Assembly (NCBI GenBank): GCA_904063045.1 | Contig: CAJFCJ010000007.1 | Span: forward strand, 2,177,404 to 2,241,403 | Direction: 5' to 3' | Length of the DNA: 64,000 nucleotides | Source: Dimorphilus gyrociliatus | Lineage: Eukaryota > Animalia > Annelida | Part shown: positions 63,301 through 64,000 of the stretch, piece by piece | Numbering within the stretch: position 1 is the stretch's first letter | Layout: each line of letters opens with the position of its first letter | Notes under the pieces: generated by a model | The model's input: only the letters and a program-made list of their open reading frames with translations | Database searches by the model: none | What the model was told of the DNA's origin: nothing | Position numbers and translations under genes: made by a program

Positions 63301-64000
63301 GTACAGCCAACCATTATCGATATCATTTAGGTTACCACACGGAAATTACTTAAAGTAAACGAAGCCACTCTAATTGAATAAAATGGAACTGTATATTCAT
63401 AATATACACCGACATTGTAACTATCTCAATAGAATCTCAAGTACAGATGAGACGAAATTTTATCCAGAAAAGGTGGATATGCATTATGTTTATTTATTCT
63501 AAGGCCGTAAAAGTTTTAATTACGTATTACAAACGACAACTTTTAATAATTAACATACTATCATTTTTCAGCTCTTCAAATTATCATTTCTTATCATACA
63601 TTTACTTAAATTAACAAAAGAAACCCTTGGAAAACTCTTGGGAAAAAGCCCTAAAACGGAATTGTGCGAGATACAAATAAAATCTTTGCCTCTGATTTCT
63701 CGTTGAAAGAATATTTTGCATTTATTACCAGTTTTTTTGTAGGAAAAATTCTATTTCCTATTGTTTTTAAGTTTAGTTTGCGTTTCGAAAACAAGCAGGA
63801 TCAAACAGCAAAATGGAGAAAAGTTACCATAATTATATGTCAAAATTCGAAGATGACGATACGTAGTAAGAAGGAGAAAAGAAGAAGTATTATAAACACC
63901 GTCATAGAGATTAATATTTTCTCAAACTGCTCTATATTCTATAATTATTATTAAATAAGACGATGATATTTATGGCAAATTGTTTTAACTTGCAGTGAAT
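63301..64000 (+). pseudogene. Degenerate, internally deleted tandem duplicate of the ZnF-gene 5' end / shared promoter / CIR1
   Basis: Aligns by eye to ~61741-63070, e.g. TTGCGTTTCGAAAACAAGCAGGATCAAACAGCAAAATGG is identical in both copies. The CIR1 copy lacks 62287-62838 and 62856-62920. Confidence 0.9.

Noticed and set aside
63664-63954. 96-aa ORF from a GTG start in the duplicated segment
   Set aside because: Out of frame with the CIR1 remnant and composed of duplicated promoter/UTR sequence.

Overview
AT-rich, extremely gene-dense eukaryotic (animal) DNA with very short GT-AG introns (mostly ~45-110 nt), tiny intergenic gaps and (TA)n/(GA)n microsatellites. Gene content (annelid-style SUEL-lectin receptors, Wnt16, ALKBH5, TBK1, peptide-type GPCR) points to a lophotrochozoan with a miniaturised genome. 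Dimorphilus gyrociliatus is my guess, not verified. About 25 spliced or single-exon genes can be reconstructed by hand: TTC19-like, ECH1, proline iminopeptidase, ODF3/SHIPPO-repeat, SLC38A11, a small acylated protein, three paralogous SUEL-CUB-sushi-TM receptors, TBK1/IKKe, a GT32 glycosyltransferase, an ankyrin protein, a BRI3-domain protein, an orphan 104-aa ORF, an atypical TRAF, a TPR protein, a hidden Shisa-like microgene, AOPEP, carbonyl reductase, a GPCR, Wnt16, a neuropeptide-like precursor, ACMSD, ALKBH5, a RanBP2/matrin zinc-finger protein, CIR1 and a decayed tandem copy of CIR1. No rRNA, tRNA, CRISPR array or intact transposon was seen. The most interesting items are the lectin-receptor cluster, the RING-less poly-Lys/Glu TRAF, the Shisa-like microgene missed by the ORF track, a GC-AG in-frame intron, overlapping stop codons and the microhomology-deleted CIR1 duplicate. 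All family assignments are from motif recognition without database searches, and splice sites were inferred manually.
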